Below, piece after piece: positions 37,570-47,668 of a stretch of DNA of 64,000 nt; the first letter of the stretch is position 1, and the number at the start of each line of letters is the position of its first letter. Location: positions 723 through 64,722 of the forward strand of contig JAHIVT010000008.1 in assembly GCA_018816555.1 (NCBI GenBank). Direction: 5' to 3'. The translations under genes and the position numbers were made by a program. Under the pieces are notes generated by a model. The model saw only the letters and a list, made by a program, of their open reading frames with translations, was not told the DNA's origin and searched no databases. This DNA comes from Pseudomonadota bacterium. GTDB lineage: Bacteria > Desulfobacterota > Desulfobulbia > Desulfobulbales > SURF-16.

Positions 37570-39156
37570 TCAACGGATGAGGGCAGTAACCTTTTCAATA
37601 AACTGTTCTTTGGTAAACGGTTTGGTGATAAAAGCGGAAACACCGGCCTGAAGCGCCAGATCTGTCTGTGATTTCTCCGACTCGGTGCTGGCCATGAGAA
37701 TGGGGATATCCAGTTTCAGGGAGTTGCGTATTTCCTTCACCAGTTCAACCCCGTCCATGTTCGGCATGTTGAGGTCCGTAACCAGTAGATCGACCCGTTC
37801 GCCGGACTTGAGCAGATTAAAGGCCTGCTGTCCGTCTTCTGCGGTGGTAAGACAAACATCCATGCCGGCCAGGGCTGAGGTATAGAAAAAGAGCATGGCC
37901 TTGGAATCGTCGGCCGCCAGAATGGATTTACCGCCGGAAGAATGATCGCTGATCTCCAGTTTTTTCAGCAGCTCCGCAGCCTTGTCATCGGCCATGGATG
38001 CCAGTAACTCCTTGAAGAAGGTGATGGACTCCAGGTTGTGACTGGCAGCCAGAATGCCCAGCAGTTCCTCCATATAGGTACCATCCTGAAAAACAGCGGT
38101 AAACAGTTTGCCGGCCCTGGTGGCAACCAGCGCGGAGAGGATTCTTGCCCGCTGTCCGGCATCCTTTTGCAATGCCGAGAGGAGGGCCTTGGCCAACCCG
38201 GGATTGTATATTTCGTTAAGCCCGGTCATCACGGCGATGAGGATCATCTCGTCGCTATCCGCCAGTCCGTCCGTCAGGCCGACGATACTGCGCATGGAGG
38301 GGATACGGCCAAGGGCCTCATAGGCGGCAAATTTCAGATTGGCATCAATCTGTTCCTGGGAGTCGAGCAGGTCGGTAATGATATTGGCCCCGTTTTTGTG
38401 TTTGATGAGACCGATGATGTTGGCGGCCATGATTTTTTCATCCTTGTCGCCGGTGGTCAGTGCCTTGGCCAGGCACTGTAGGGCAATTTCGCCTGCTTTG
38501 ATCACCTGTTCATGAACGATTTTGCGGATGGTCGGGTTGTGGTTATGGATATGGGAAATGAGAAAGTCGATGGTTTTGTCATCTGTGAAGTTGCCCAGCT
38601 TGGAAAAGGCGAGCCCGACCCCCAGGGACTCATCAGTCCCGCCGTCCTGGCATGCTGCTGAGATATAGCTGCAGAGAGCGTCGCGACCACGTTCCTCTCC
38701 GCTGGCGGCGGCCTTGTCCATGGCCAGCCCGGCAATGGTGGCATCCTGATGGTTTATATAGGGCAGCAGAATATCGAGAATCCCGGGATCATCGATTTTG
38801 GACAGGGCACGCACGGCCTCTGTGAGCAGTTCGGTTTCCTGGTTGCCGGTCTGGAGGATCTCCGCCAGCAGCGGCAGGGCCGCGTGGATATTGTTTTCAC
38901 CTGCAGCCTTGACACACAGTATCCTGACCCGGGGAGAACCATGGCCGAGGCCGGAAAGAATAGCGGCATCCTGACCCTTGAGCAGGGTGATCAACGCATG
39001 ATAGACCATCTCGTCCACCGCCACATCCGACAGGGGGACGGCATATATGTCAAACAGGGCAGGGATCGCTTCATGCTGAGCGTTTGACTGGATGTCATCC
39101 AGGATGGTAATCTGTTCGATCATGTCCTTGTCGGAAAAATTCTGCAGTAAATCCAT
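37570..39156 (-). CDS. HEAT-repeat protein fused to a C-terminal CheY-like receiver domain
   Basis: About 390 aa of HEAT/PBS-lyase-like helical repeats (..PRVRILCVKAAGE.., ..PTIRKIVHEQV..). The REC domain follows: ILAADDS, LLVTDLNMPNMDG and FITKPF. Confidence 0.8.
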   Translation of the reverse strand: MDLLQNFSDKDMIEQITILDDIQSNAQHEAIPALFDIYAVPLSDVAVDEMVYHALITLLKGQDAAILSGLGHGSPRVRILCVKAAGENNIHAALPLLAEILQTGNQETELLTEAVRALSKIDDPGILDILLPYINHQDATIAGLAMDKAAASGEERGRDALCSYISAACQDGGTDESLGVGLAFSKLGNFTDDKTIDFLISHIHNHNPTIRKIVHEQVIKAGEIALQCLAKALTTGDKDEKIMAANIIGLIKHKNGANIITDLLDSQEQIDANLKFAAYEALGRIPSMRSIVGLTDGLADSDEMILIAVMTGLNEIYNPGLAKALLSALQKDAGQRARILSALVATRAGKLFTAVFQDGTYMEELLGILAASHNLESITFFKELLASMADDKAAELLKKLEISDHSSGGKSILAADDSKAMLFFYTSALAGMDVCLTTAEDGQQAFNLLKSGERVDLLVTDLNMPNMDGVELVKEIRNSLKLDIPILMASTESEKSQTDLALQAGVSAFITKPFTKEQFIEKVTALIR

Positions 39157-39174
39157 AGTGTCCTCACAATCCTG

Positions 39175-40248
39175 TTAATTTCGATATAAAACGATTCTGG
39201 CTGCCAGCTCGGCAAGGGAAACGATTTCGTCCACCGCACCCATCCTGATGGCCACCTGGGGCATGCCGAAGACAACGCAGCTCGCTTCATCCTGAGCAAT
39301 GGTTTTTGCCCCGGCCTGCTTCATCTCAAGCATACCCTTTGCCCCGTCATCACCCATGCCGGTCATGATAATACCGGTGGCATTCTTGCCGGCATAGCGG
39401 GCGGTGGAGCGGAAAAGCACATCAACCGAAGGGCGGTGACGGCAGACAAGGGGCCCGTCCTTTACCTCAACATAATACCTTGCTCCGCTTCGTTGCAGAA
39501 GGGTATGTTTGTTGCCGGGGGCAATCAGCACCTGCCCACGCAGCACCGTATCACCATTTTCCGCCTCCTTGACCCTGATCTGGCACAGGTCATCAAGTCT
39601 CTTGGCAAAGGCCTTGGTAAAACCTTCAGGCATGTGCTGGACCACGACGATACCCGGAATATCCACGGGAAGTTTGGTCAGCACCTGTTTCAGAGCCTCG
39701 GTGCCGCCGGTGGATGCGCCGATTGCCACAACCCTCTCTGTAGTCTTGACCATTGCCGTTTTCTTGCCAGGAGCAATTACCGCATCGGCAGAGAGTTTCT
39801 TGGTCGGTTGGTAACTTCCCCTGGTGTCAGAAATCTTTTTAACCTTCACCTTGGCGGCGGCCTTCACGCTGTCGCAGATGAGGATTTTCGATTCTTCAAT
39901 AAACTGTCTGGCCCCCAGCTTCGGTTTGGTAATGATATTGACCGCGCCGTACTCAAGGGCACGGATGGTGGTCTCCTCTCCTTTTTCCGTCAGACTTGAG
40001 CACATGACCACCGGTATGGGGTGTTGGCTCATGAGTTTCCGCAAAAAGGTCAGGCCGTCCATGCGCGGCATTTCCACGTCCAGGGTGATGACGTCCGGTT
40101 TTTCCCTTTCAATTCGTTCGGCGGCGATAAAGGGGTCGGCGGCCGGATCCATGATTTCAATCATGGGGTCTGAACGCAGCACCTCGCTTAAGGCCTGGCG
40201 CACAACCGCTGAATCATCAATAATCAGAACTTTGATTTTCCGGGTCAT
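39175..40248 (-). CDS. cheB: chemotaxis response regulator protein-glutamate methylesterase CheB
   Basis: REC domain ([20 protein letters not shown]) plus the methylesterase domain ([23 protein letters not shown]). Confidence 0.95.
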   Translation of the reverse strand: MTRKIKVLIIDDSAVVRQALSEVLRSDPMIEIMDPAADPFIAAERIEREKPDVITLDVEMPRMDGLTFLRKLMSQHPIPVVMCSSLTEKGEETTIRALEYGAVNIITKPKLGARQFIEESKILICDSVKAAAKVKVKKISDTRGSYQPTKKLSADAVIAPGKKTAMVKTTERVVAIGASTGGTEALKQVLTKLPVDIPGIVVVQHMPEGFTKAFAKRLDDLCQIRVKEAENGDTVLRGQVLIAPGNKHTLLQRSGARYYVEVKDGPLVCRHRPSVDVLFRSTARYAGKNATGIIMTGMGDDGAKGMLEMKQAGAKTIAQDEASCVVFGMPQVAIRMGAVDEIVSLAELAARIVLYRN

Positions 40249-40297
40249 GGATCGGTAAACTCTTTAACTCATCTTGGCATACAAACAGGCCAAATGA

Positions 40298-40789
40298 TCA
40301 CAATCTGCTCAGAAACACATCGCCGTTGCCGGAATTGAAGAAGAGCTTGTAACCCTTATGACCTCCCACACATTCGGCAACCAGGGGTATTCCCAGATTT
40401 TTCAGTACATTTCTGGCCATTTCCACATTGGCAGGGCCGACTCTTAAGGATGTCTCCGATAGGGTTGCGCTTTTTGCCGTCATGATGGCTCCGCCGAAGA
40501 GTTTGGCCTGCATGCCCTGGAAGGTAATGCCGGTTTCTTTAAACGCATGCATCATTCTGGGCAGGGTGCTGTCCACATAACGATATCCCGGGTTATTACG
40601 TTCATGATCTCCCACCGGCAACAGACAATGGCACATGGCTCCTGCCCGGTGCAACGGATGAAAGAGACAGACCGTCACGCAGGAGCCGAGAATGGTGGTG
40701 ACCAATGTCGGTTCCCTGGAGACAAAAAGATCCCCCGGGTGCAGCCAGTAAAAAGGAAGCTGCGTCATTAAATTTTTTATTTTTTGCAT
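40298..40789 (-). CDS. cheD: chemoreceptor glutamine deamidase CheD
   Basis: TILGSCVTVCLF and AMCHCLLP motifs. 163 aa. It sits between cheR and cheB. Confidence 0.85.
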   Translation of the reverse strand: MQKIKNLMTQLPFYWLHPGDLFVSREPTLVTTILGSCVTVCLFHPLHRAGAMCHCLLPVGDHERNNPGYRYVDSTLPRMMHAFKETGITFQGMQAKLFGGAIMTAKSATLSETSLRVGPANVEMARNVLKNLGIPLVAECVGGHKGYKLFFNSGNGDVFLSRL

Positions 40790-41670
40790 TGATATACTGA
40801 AGATTCAACTTTGACAAATTTATCGTCCATGCCATGCAGGTTTTCAGAATGACCGAGAAACAGAAAACCGTTTGGGGTCAGATTGCTGTAGAACTTGTGA
40901 AACAGTTGCCGCTGGGTTTGCTGGTCGAAATATATAATCACGTTTCTGCAGAAAATGATGTCAAAAGGTGATTTGAACCCGAAACTCCTTTCCATAAGGT
41001 TGACACGCTGGAAACAAATCCGTTGCCGCAGTTCCGGTACAACACGGTGATAGCCGGCCAGATTGCCTTTGCCCTTCATGAAATATTTGTAAAGCAGAAA
41101 TTTAGGGACAGGAGTTAAGGTCTCATCATCATAAATACCTCGAATTGCCTCATCAAGCACCTGATTATTGATATCCGTCGCCGTAACCGCGAAGCTGAAC
41201 CATGGATTTTGGTTCTGATATTCCGTCAGAACCATGGCCATGGTATAAGGTTCTTCACCGCTGGAGCAGCCGGCGCTCCACACCCGTAAAATCCTGCCGG
41301 CACTCTTCCGCAGTGCGGCAGCCATGCGCGGCAGCATGTTGCGGGACAGGAAGTCGAAATGGATCTTTTCCCTGAAAAAATCGGTTTTATTGGTGCTGAC
41401 CGCATCAATGAGATGGCTCCACTCATTATGTCGCCCCGCCGGACTCATGACATAGTCAATGTATGCTTTAAACGATGGGTGTCTCAGTGCTTTAAGGCGC
41501 TTCCGCAGCCGGGAGCTTACCATGGTTTTTTTTGCCGGGGGCAAATGGATGCCCCATATGTCATAGATCAGGCTGCTTAATCTGCGAAATTCCTTATCAG
41601 CAAGCAGCGGCGCAAATTCGTCTGTATTTGGATCGGTCGGGGTGCTTTTTATGCTAGTGCCGGCGAACAT
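40777..41670 (-). CDS. cheR: chemotaxis protein methyltransferase CheR
   Basis: N-terminal helical domain (FRRLSSLIYDIWGIHL, ...DFFRE) and the SAM-binding VWSAGCSSGEEPYTMAM. The ATG at 41670 is preferred to the TTG at 41718. Confidence 0.9.
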   Translation of the reverse strand: MFAGTSIKSTPTDPNTDEFAPLLADKEFRRLSSLIYDIWGIHLPPAKKTMVSSRLRKRLKALRHPSFKAYIDYVMSPAGRHNEWSHLIDAVSTNKTDFFREKIHFDFLSRNMLPRMAAALRKSAGRILRVWSAGCSSGEEPYTMAMVLTEYQNQNPWFSFAVTATDINNQVLDEAIRGIYDDETLTPVPKFLLYKYFMKGKGNLAGYHRVVPELRQRICFQRVNLMERSFGFKSPFDIIFCRNVIIYFDQQTQRQLFHKFYSNLTPNGFLFLGHSENLHGMDDKFVKVESSVYQCKK

Positions 41671-43735
41671 CCGCTGACTCCTCGATCCTGGCTGACCTGG
41701 CCAGGGCATGGGTGTCAATGATCAGGGCCACCTCCCCATTGCCGAGGATAGTGGAGCCGGAAATTCCTTCAGCATTGCGGTAAACCCAGCCCAGTGACTT
41801 GATAACCGTCTGGTGGCCGCCCACCACTTCATCAACCACCAGGCCTATCTGTTCCTCCCGCAGCCGCACGGTCACCATTTGTTCCCGGTCCGGCCGGTTG
41901 CCGGGGATGGAAAAAAAATCACGCAGCCTGACATAGGGAATAAGATGGTCTCGCATGGCAAATACCCGGCGTCCGTGGTTACGGGCGATTTCATCAGCGG
42001 TCAGTTCCACACATTCCTCCACCTCAGCCAGGGGCAGAACAAAATGGGTATCGCCGGTGCGAACCAGCAGACCGTCGATAATAGCCATGGTCAGGGGCAG
42101 GGTGACGGTCACGGTGGTCCCCTTGTTTTTTTCGCTGTTGACATGGACAGATCCACGAAGTTTCTCAATGGCGTTTTTAACCACATCCATGCCCACCCCG
42201 CGACCGGAAACGCTGCTTATCTGTTTGGCGGTGGAGATGCCGGCGGCAAAGATAAGAGAAAAGATCTCCTGTTCGCTAAGCACCTCATCGTCGCTGATGA
42301 TACCTTTTTGCAGGGCCTTTCTGCGGATGCTGTCAGCGTCAAGCCCCTTGCCGTCATCAAAAACGGTGATGAGCACATTGGCGCCGTTATGCACGGCTGA
42401 CAGCAGCAGGGTGCCCGAGGGGGTCTTGCCTGCCGCAGTGCGCACCTCAGGGGATTCAATGCCGTGATCAATGGAGTTTCTGATCAGATGAATGAGCGGA
42501 TCATTGAGCTGCTCGATGACGGTTTTGTCCAGTTCCGTGTCTTCTCCCTCGGTTTTCATCTCCACCTCTTTGCCGAGTTCGGCGGAAAGGTCGCGGACTA
42601 GGCGTTTGAAGCGGGTAAAGGTGCTGCCGATGGGTAACATACGGATGTTGAGCACCAGATCACGCAGTTCTGCGGTGAGATGCTCGATCTGTTCCACCGG
42701 CTCCAGGAGTGATGCCTGATTGGAGACGGAGGCAACGTCGGTCAACCTGGCTTGGGTGACCACCAGCTCTCCCACCAGATTGATTAGAATGTCAAGCTTG
42801 TCGGCGGCCACCCGGATACTTTCCACCCCTTTCAGGACATGGGGCTCTGCTCCGGTTTTTTTCTTTTCCGTCGGTGCCGGCGGTGTTTCCGCAGTCGGTG
42901 GAGCGGGTGTTGCCTGCTGCGTTGTCCGGGATGGTTGCGGTGCAGAAGAAGGTGAGACAGCGGACGGGGAAAGATCAGCCGCTAGATGCAGGTGATCTTT
43001 GTCGTTGTTCAGGGGGCTTATGGTGAGATTGGAACTTGATTCGGCAAAAATAAACACATCGCAGACAGCATTGTGGTCGCAAGCGGTGCTGAGCAGAATG
43101 TTCCAGCCCGGACCGGACAGAGCGGCGCTGTCTTCGGCTCCACGGACAAGCACGGTGCTCTGCCCCAGGGCCTGTAAATCCTGCAGGATCTGCAGCGGAT
43201 CTCCTCCTCCCTCGAAAAAGGCGGCTTGCGGCTGGAAATCGATGAGATAATGCCGGATCTGCGTGGCAGCAGGTTCCTTGGGTTCTTCCGGGGTGATAGC
43301 CCCCTCCTGGGACAGGGCAGTCTCTGGGGCTGGCGCAGTTGCAATTGCGGTCTGGCCGCTGCACACTGCGGCCAGATCATTAATGATGATGTCACCTCGC
43401 CGGGGATCAGGTTCGTCACCACCTGAAGCAGCGTCCAGCAGGGCGGTGATGAAGTCCCTGGACTGCAGAATCAGATTGATCAGCTGCCGGGTTACCGGTA
43501 CGGCACCATCCCGCACCCGGTCAAGAACCGTTTCCACGTGATGAGTGAAATCGGCAATCCGGTCAAAACCGAACATGGCCGCCGATCCTTTGATGGTATG
43601 CATGCTGCGGAAAACCCTGCCCACCAGCTTGAGGTCCTCAGGTGCGTTTTCCAGTTCGAGAAGGGAGCCCTCGAGCTCTTCAAGAAGCTCCCTGGCCTCT
43701 TCCTGGAATACGGCAAGAAAATCATTGTCAGCCAT
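41654..43735 (-). CDS. cheA: chemotaxis histidine kinase CheA
   Basis: Hpt HTIKGSAAMFGF, a Pro/Ala/Ser-rich linker, a dimerisation domain, HATPase (HLIRNSIDHG, DDGKGL, GRGVGMDVV), and a CheW-like C-terminus. Confidence 0.95.
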   Translation of the reverse strand: MADNDFLAVFQEEARELLEELEGSLLELENAPEDLKLVGRVFRSMHTIKGSAAMFGFDRIADFTHHVETVLDRVRDGAVPVTRQLINLILQSRDFITALLDAASGGDEPDPRRGDIIINDLAAVCSGQTAIATAPAPETALSQEGAITPEEPKEPAATQIRHYLIDFQPQAAFFEGGGDPLQILQDLQALGQSTVLVRGAEDSAALSGPGWNILLSTACDHNAVCDVFIFAESSSNLTISPLNNDKDHLHLAADLSPSAVSPSSAPQPSRTTQQATPAPPTAETPPAPTEKKKTGAEPHVLKGVESIRVAADKLDILINLVGELVVTQARLTDVASVSNQASLLEPVEQIEHLTAELRDLVLNIRMLPIGSTFTRFKRLVRDLSAELGKEVEMKTEGEDTELDKTVIEQLNDPLIHLIRNSIDHGIESPEVRTAAGKTPSGTLLLSAVHNGANVLITVFDDGKGLDADSIRRKALQKGIISDDEVLSEQEIFSLIFAAGISTAKQISSVSGRGVGMDVVKNAIEKLRGSVHVNSEKNKGTTVTVTLPLTMAIIDGLLVRTGDTHFVLPLAEVEECVELTADEIARNHGRRVFAMRDHLIPYVRLRDFFSIPGNRPDREQMVTVRLREEQIGLVVDEVVGGHQTVIKSLGWVYRNAEGISGSTILGNGEVALIIDTHALARSARIEESADVRRH

Positions 43736-43743
43736 GAAAGCTC

Positions 43744-44283
43744 CTATTCAGAGAGGTGTGCCTCTGCCTCTAACGCCTGGGTGGCCAGTGCGCCTGATTC
43801 CACATCCCGCAGGCTTGCTTCCCCCTCGCTGGCCAAGACCTTGTCAATATCAAGGAGGATAAGGAATTTTTCCTCATAACGGCCCATGCCCTTGATGAAA
43901 TCGGTATTGAGATTGGTGCCCATGCGGGGAACTGCCTCAATATTGGCCCGATCAAGTTCAAGGACCGCCTGCACCGCATCGGTCAGCACACCCATGAGCA
44001 CCGGCGCGGTTTCAGCCTCAACGACGATCTCCATGATCATGATACAGGTGTTGATGGTTTTCTTGACAGGCTCCATGCCGAGCTTGAGGCCGAGATCCAC
44101 CACCGGCACCACGTTGCCCCGCAGATTGATGACCCCGCAGAGATAGGAAGGCATGCGCGGTATTCTGGTCAGAGTGGCCACATCGAGTACCTCCCGCACC
44201 TTGAAAATCTCCACGGCAAAGTCCTCATCGCGCAGGGTAAAGGAAAGATACTGGCTACTTGCGGTTTCATTTTGCATGTCCAT
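43744..44283 (-). CDS. cheW: chemotaxis coupling protein CheW
   Basis: CheW domain (YLSFTLRDEDFAVEIFKVREV..., INLRGNVVPVVDL). The start was set at ATG 44283 (MDMQNE), which is preceded by aaggagg. Confidence 0.9.
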   Translation of the reverse strand: MDMQNETASSQYLSFTLRDEDFAVEIFKVREVLDVATLTRIPRMPSYLCGVINLRGNVVPVVDLGLKLGMEPVKKTINTCIMIMEIVVEAETAPVLMGVLTDAVQAVLELDRANIEAVPRMGTNLNTDFIKGMGRYEEKFLILLDIDKVLASEGEASLRDVESGALATQALEAEAHLSE

Positions 44284-44293
44284 GGCAGCCTCC

Positions 44294-46399
44294 TTAATAT
44301 CTTTCGAAATCGTCATCGGAATCGCTCAGTTTTAATTTAACCCCATCCCCTTTTTTTGATTCATCGACATCTGTTTTCTTCGGTGGATGGGTTGGTGGGA
44401 GCGGCAGTTTTTTTGCGGCAGGTGAGGAAATTGTGCTGTGCCGTATGGGCGAGGCATATTCCTTGTTGATCTTAAAAAAGGAGATTGACCGCATCAGTTC
44501 ATTGGACTGGGCATTGAGTTCTTCGGCAGAGGCGGATAGCTCCTCGGCGGCCGAACTGTTCTGCTGGATGACCTGATTGAGCTGTTCAACCGCCATGCAG
44601 TTTTCCTGGACACCCTTGGCCTGTTCCGCACTGGCCGCGTCGATTTCTTCCACCAGGTCAGCGGTCTTCTTGATCTGCGGCACCATCTCCAGAATCAGTT
44701 TCCCTGCATTGGCGGCGATTTCCACACTGCTGCCGGCCACCCCTTTGATCTCCATGGCCGCTGTCTGGCTGCGTTCGGCAAGCTTGCGCACCTCAGCCGC
44801 CACCACGGCAAATCCCTTGCCATGTTCGCCGGCCCTGGCCGCTTCAATGGCGGCGTTCAAGGCCAGCAGGTTGGTCTGGCGGGAGATCTCTTCAATGATT
44901 TCTATTTTTTCGGCAATGGTCTGCATGGCCTTTTCCGTATCCGCCACGGCCTGGCCGCCTTTCTCCGCGTCCTGGGCCGCCTTGTTGGCAATGATCGCTG
45001 TCTGGCGGGCACTGTCGGCGCTTTGGTCTACCGTGCTGGTCATTTCCTCCATGGATGAGGATATCTCTTCCACAGTGGCCGCCTGTTCACTGGCTCCCTG
45101 GGATACGGTCTGGGAGGTGGCGCCCAGTTCATTGCTGCCGGTTGTCACCTGGGCCGCAATTTCCCGGATGGTCACCACCGTATCCTCCAGCCTGGTCACC
45201 ATTTTGCGCAGGGCATTGGCCAGGGCGCCGATTTCGTCCTTGCTTTCCAGGGTCATTTTTACAGTGAGATCGCCGTCGGCCACCGATTCGGCAAATTTTA
45301 CCCCCATGTTGAGGGGGTCAATGATGGAACGGGAGAGTTTGTAGAGAAAAACCGCCAGCACTGCTGCGGAGAGCAGGAAGGTGACAAGTGCGATGATGTT
45401 GGCCGCTGTGACCACGCTGGCCAGATGTTTTTCCGCATCAGCCCGCTCACCCTCCACGGAGACGGAAAATTTGTGCAGTCCTTCCGTTACCGAGGCGCCG
45501 TATTCATCAAGGTCTTCATTCATCTTGTCAAAGGCGGTTTCTGTCAGTTTGAGCTGCACGGCGCTGTTTTCGATGAGGTCTTTCAGTTCCACCTTGACGC
45601 CCTTCTCCAGGGCAGGTAGGCCTTTCGTGATGTCGGCGATCAATTGTCGCTCATTAGAGCTGGCGTGAAAGGAGGCGAGTTTATCCAGGTCTGCGTAGAG
45701 ATATTTAAAATCTTTATCCATAGCGGCAAGCCTGTCATCATGGATTTTGCCTTCATGCTTGTCAAGCAAGGAATCCATGGCGGCCAGCATCACCTCAAGA
45801 TGGGCTATGCGCATGTCGGTGATCAGCAGGATCATCTCGGTGAGATCCTCGTGGTCCTTGCCTGTAGCACTTTCAAGTCTGGCATGGAGGGATTCGTCAA
45901 GTTTGCCCAGATTGCCGCCCACCGCTTTGCCGTATTCATCCAGGGTGTCGTCAATATGGTCAAAGTCCTTCTCAATGCGGGCCATATCGCTGCCCGAGGC
46001 TTCGATAAGATCCTTGAGATCTTTCTGGATGGCGGTGGTCAGTTGCTCCACGTTGCCTACCATGGCCGTGGCCAGCTGTTTTTCCTCGGCATTTTCAGCG
46101 GCTTCGGCCAAGACCGGGAGGTTGGTTTTCAAAAAGGAGGCGGAGCGGTTTATGTTGCCCATGCGTTCCTTGTCAATGGAACCGTGATCCTTGTCAATGA
46201 TGGAATCCATGGCGGCCAGTAGGAGTTCAATAGCGTTCTTTTCCATCTCGTTGATGGTGTTTAATTGACTATTTTTGAGCTGGCTTTCTTGGATGGATGA
46301 GTTGACCGTGCGGTTGGCAAAGAACATGACGCTAAAAAGAATCAGTAGGGCAAAAATGGAGATGCCACCTGCCAGACCAAGTTTTTTTGCTATTGTCAT
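44294..46399 (-). CDS. transmembrane methyl-accepting chemotaxis protein with a large duplicated helical periplasmic sensor
   Basis: TM1 ([17 protein letters not shown]), about 300 aa of periplasmic helices, TM2, HAMP, and the signalling hairpin ([33 protein letters not shown]). The start was set at ATG 46399 (MTIAKK), which is preceded by aaggagga. Confidence 0.9.
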   Translation of the reverse strand: MTIAKKLGLAGGISIFALLILFSVMFFANRTVNSSIQESQLKNSQLNTINEMEKNAIELLLAAMDSIIDKDHGSIDKERMGNINRSASFLKTNLPVLAEAAENAEEKQLATAMVGNVEQLTTAIQKDLKDLIEASGSDMARIEKDFDHIDDTLDEYGKAVGGNLGKLDESLHARLESATGKDHEDLTEMILLITDMRIAHLEVMLAAMDSLLDKHEGKIHDDRLAAMDKDFKYLYADLDKLASFHASSNERQLIADITKGLPALEKGVKVELKDLIENSAVQLKLTETAFDKMNEDLDEYGASVTEGLHKFSVSVEGERADAEKHLASVVTAANIIALVTFLLSAAVLAVFLYKLSRSIIDPLNMGVKFAESVADGDLTVKMTLESKDEIGALANALRKMVTRLEDTVVTIREIAAQVTTGSNELGATSQTVSQGASEQAATVEEISSSMEEMTSTVDQSADSARQTAIIANKAAQDAEKGGQAVADTEKAMQTIAEKIEIIEEISRQTNLLALNAAIEAARAGEHGKGFAVVAAEVRKLAERSQTAAMEIKGVAGSSVEIAANAGKLILEMVPQIKKTADLVEEIDAASAEQAKGVQENCMAVEQLNQVIQQNSSAAEELSASAEELNAQSNELMRSISFFKINKEYASPIRHSTISSPAAKKLPLPPTHPPKKTDVDESKKGDGVKLKLSDSDDDFERY

Positions 46400-46435
46400 A
46401 CATGTCCTCCTTGATAGGTAAAAACAATATTCATG

Positions 46436-46462
46436 TTGCCGGCTGATGTGGGGAGAAGCTTT
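46436..46462 (-). promoter_or_regulatory. weak sigma-28 (FliA)-like promoter candidate upstream of the mcp-che operon
   Basis: The minus strand reads AAAG-N15-GCCGGCAA against the consensus TAAA-N15-GCCGATAA. The -10 element ends 37 nt before the ATG. Confidence 0.2.
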
Positions 46463-46740
46463 TTCCAGCGCATGCCTGAAAGGGGCCTTAGCAGCAACCA
46501 ACAGATTTTTGCAGCTTCCGGGAATGGCAGTGTTGCAGTTTGTGGCACGGTTCCAACCATTTCATTATATTCATAGATTTCTGTGAAAGTGAATATAAAA
46601 AATACGAGCGTTGTCAGGAGATCAGATGGAAGCGGAGAGGATATCTATCCTGTCCGGCTATTCTCGCCCGGCAGGATAAAAAGTTGATGAGGCGGCATAA
46701 AAGGAAAACGTAAAGGCCCTGTTCCGGTCCTGGTGGGCAA

Positions 46741-47667
46741 TTATATGTCTGCTGCACTTCTGCCGGGGTGAACTTTCCTTTTTTTACCATAGAGCGGAGA
46801 TTTCAGGAGAACTGGAAAGGGTAATTTCACAGGCCACCGGGCTGGGGAGCCGGTCAGTTGGAAAAGATGATCGTTTACCACAGGGCATTTCACGGTAAGC
46901 AGAAAATAGATGGGAGCCTTCACCTCAGAGAGGGTTTCGAAGTTTCCCTGCCCTTTGCTGATGATCAGATCGGCATCAGCAAAGAGTTGCCGGAATTCTT
47001 CAGAGCAATGGGGCAGAGGTGTTCCCGGACAACCGGTGCCATTGGTTATTACCCTGCAGATGTTCTGCATGTCGCAATCCCGCGCATCTTCCTGCAGAGC
47101 GTCATTAATGATGGCTTTTTCTTTGACAACAAAGGTCACGTCCCTGTTCAATTGCTCAATGGCAATTTTGTCAAAAACAAGTTCGCCGCTGTTGTCTCCC
47201 AGATATAAAATGGTCCGAGTCTGCTGCAGGTCGGCCTCCAGTTCGGCAAAATCATTGATAGCCATTTTGAGGGACAGGGCGTCGTGGATGATCTCTTCCA
47301 TATCGAACTGGTGCAGGGAGCCATAATCGATGATGTTGCCGGCAATGGAAAAGGTCAGGGCGGCCAGCAGCGGGTTGTCTGCTTCATTTACTTTCTGTCT
47401 GATTCGCTGCGCAATGCCTGAGGCAAAGCGGTTGCTTTCTTTTTTTATGGCGGCGAACGGGTCCTGATGACCGGAAATTCCGGCGATCAGCCCGTAAAGA
47501 TGAACGGCGTTCTCAGGGGGGCTGATGGTGAAATCAATGGACGGTAGAAATTTCAGTATGACCTCATTCATGATTTCCTGCTGCACAACTGGAGAGGCGT
47601 TGCAGAGTCGAGCTGTATGGATCGTCTGCTTGAGAAAACAGGGAAGGCAGTCTAATGTTGTCTGCAT
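46741..47667 (-). CDS. DUF89 (ARMT1-like) family protein, putative metal-dependent phosphatase
   Basis: N-terminal DCLPCFLKQ, plus LGDNSGELVFD and SKGQGNFE, which match DUF89 metal-site motifs as recalled. The start was set at ATG 47667 (MQTT), one nt after the upstream gene's stop. Confidence 0.8.
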   Translation of the reverse strand: MQTTLDCLPCFLKQTIHTARLCNASPVVQQEIMNEVILKFLPSIDFTISPPENAVHLYGLIAGISGHQDPFAAIKKESNRFASGIAQRIRQKVNEADNPLLAALTFSIAGNIIDYGSLHQFDMEEIIHDALSLKMAINDFAELEADLQQTRTILYLGDNSGELVFDKIAIEQLNRDVTFVVKEKAIINDALQEDARDCDMQNICRVITNGTGCPGTPLPHCSEEFRQLFADADLIISKGQGNFETLSEVKAPIYFLLTVKCPVVNDHLFQLTGSPARWPVKLPFPVLLKSPLYGKKRKVHPGRSAADI

Positions 47668-47668
47668 G

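Noticed and set aside
44577-46222. 255-aa and 192-aa plus-strand ORFs
   Set aside because: Antisense to the operon MCP. Ala/Ser-rich mirror-image ORFs of this kind are typical opposite MCP coiled-coil genes. The same applies to the ORFs at 19900-20502 opposite the hemerythrin-MCP.
46541-46556. TGGCAC motif upstream of the mcp-che operon
   Set aside because: It is on the plus strand, pointing away from the minus-strand operon, and it lacks a TTGC at the -12 position. It is not a sigma-54 promoter for these genes.
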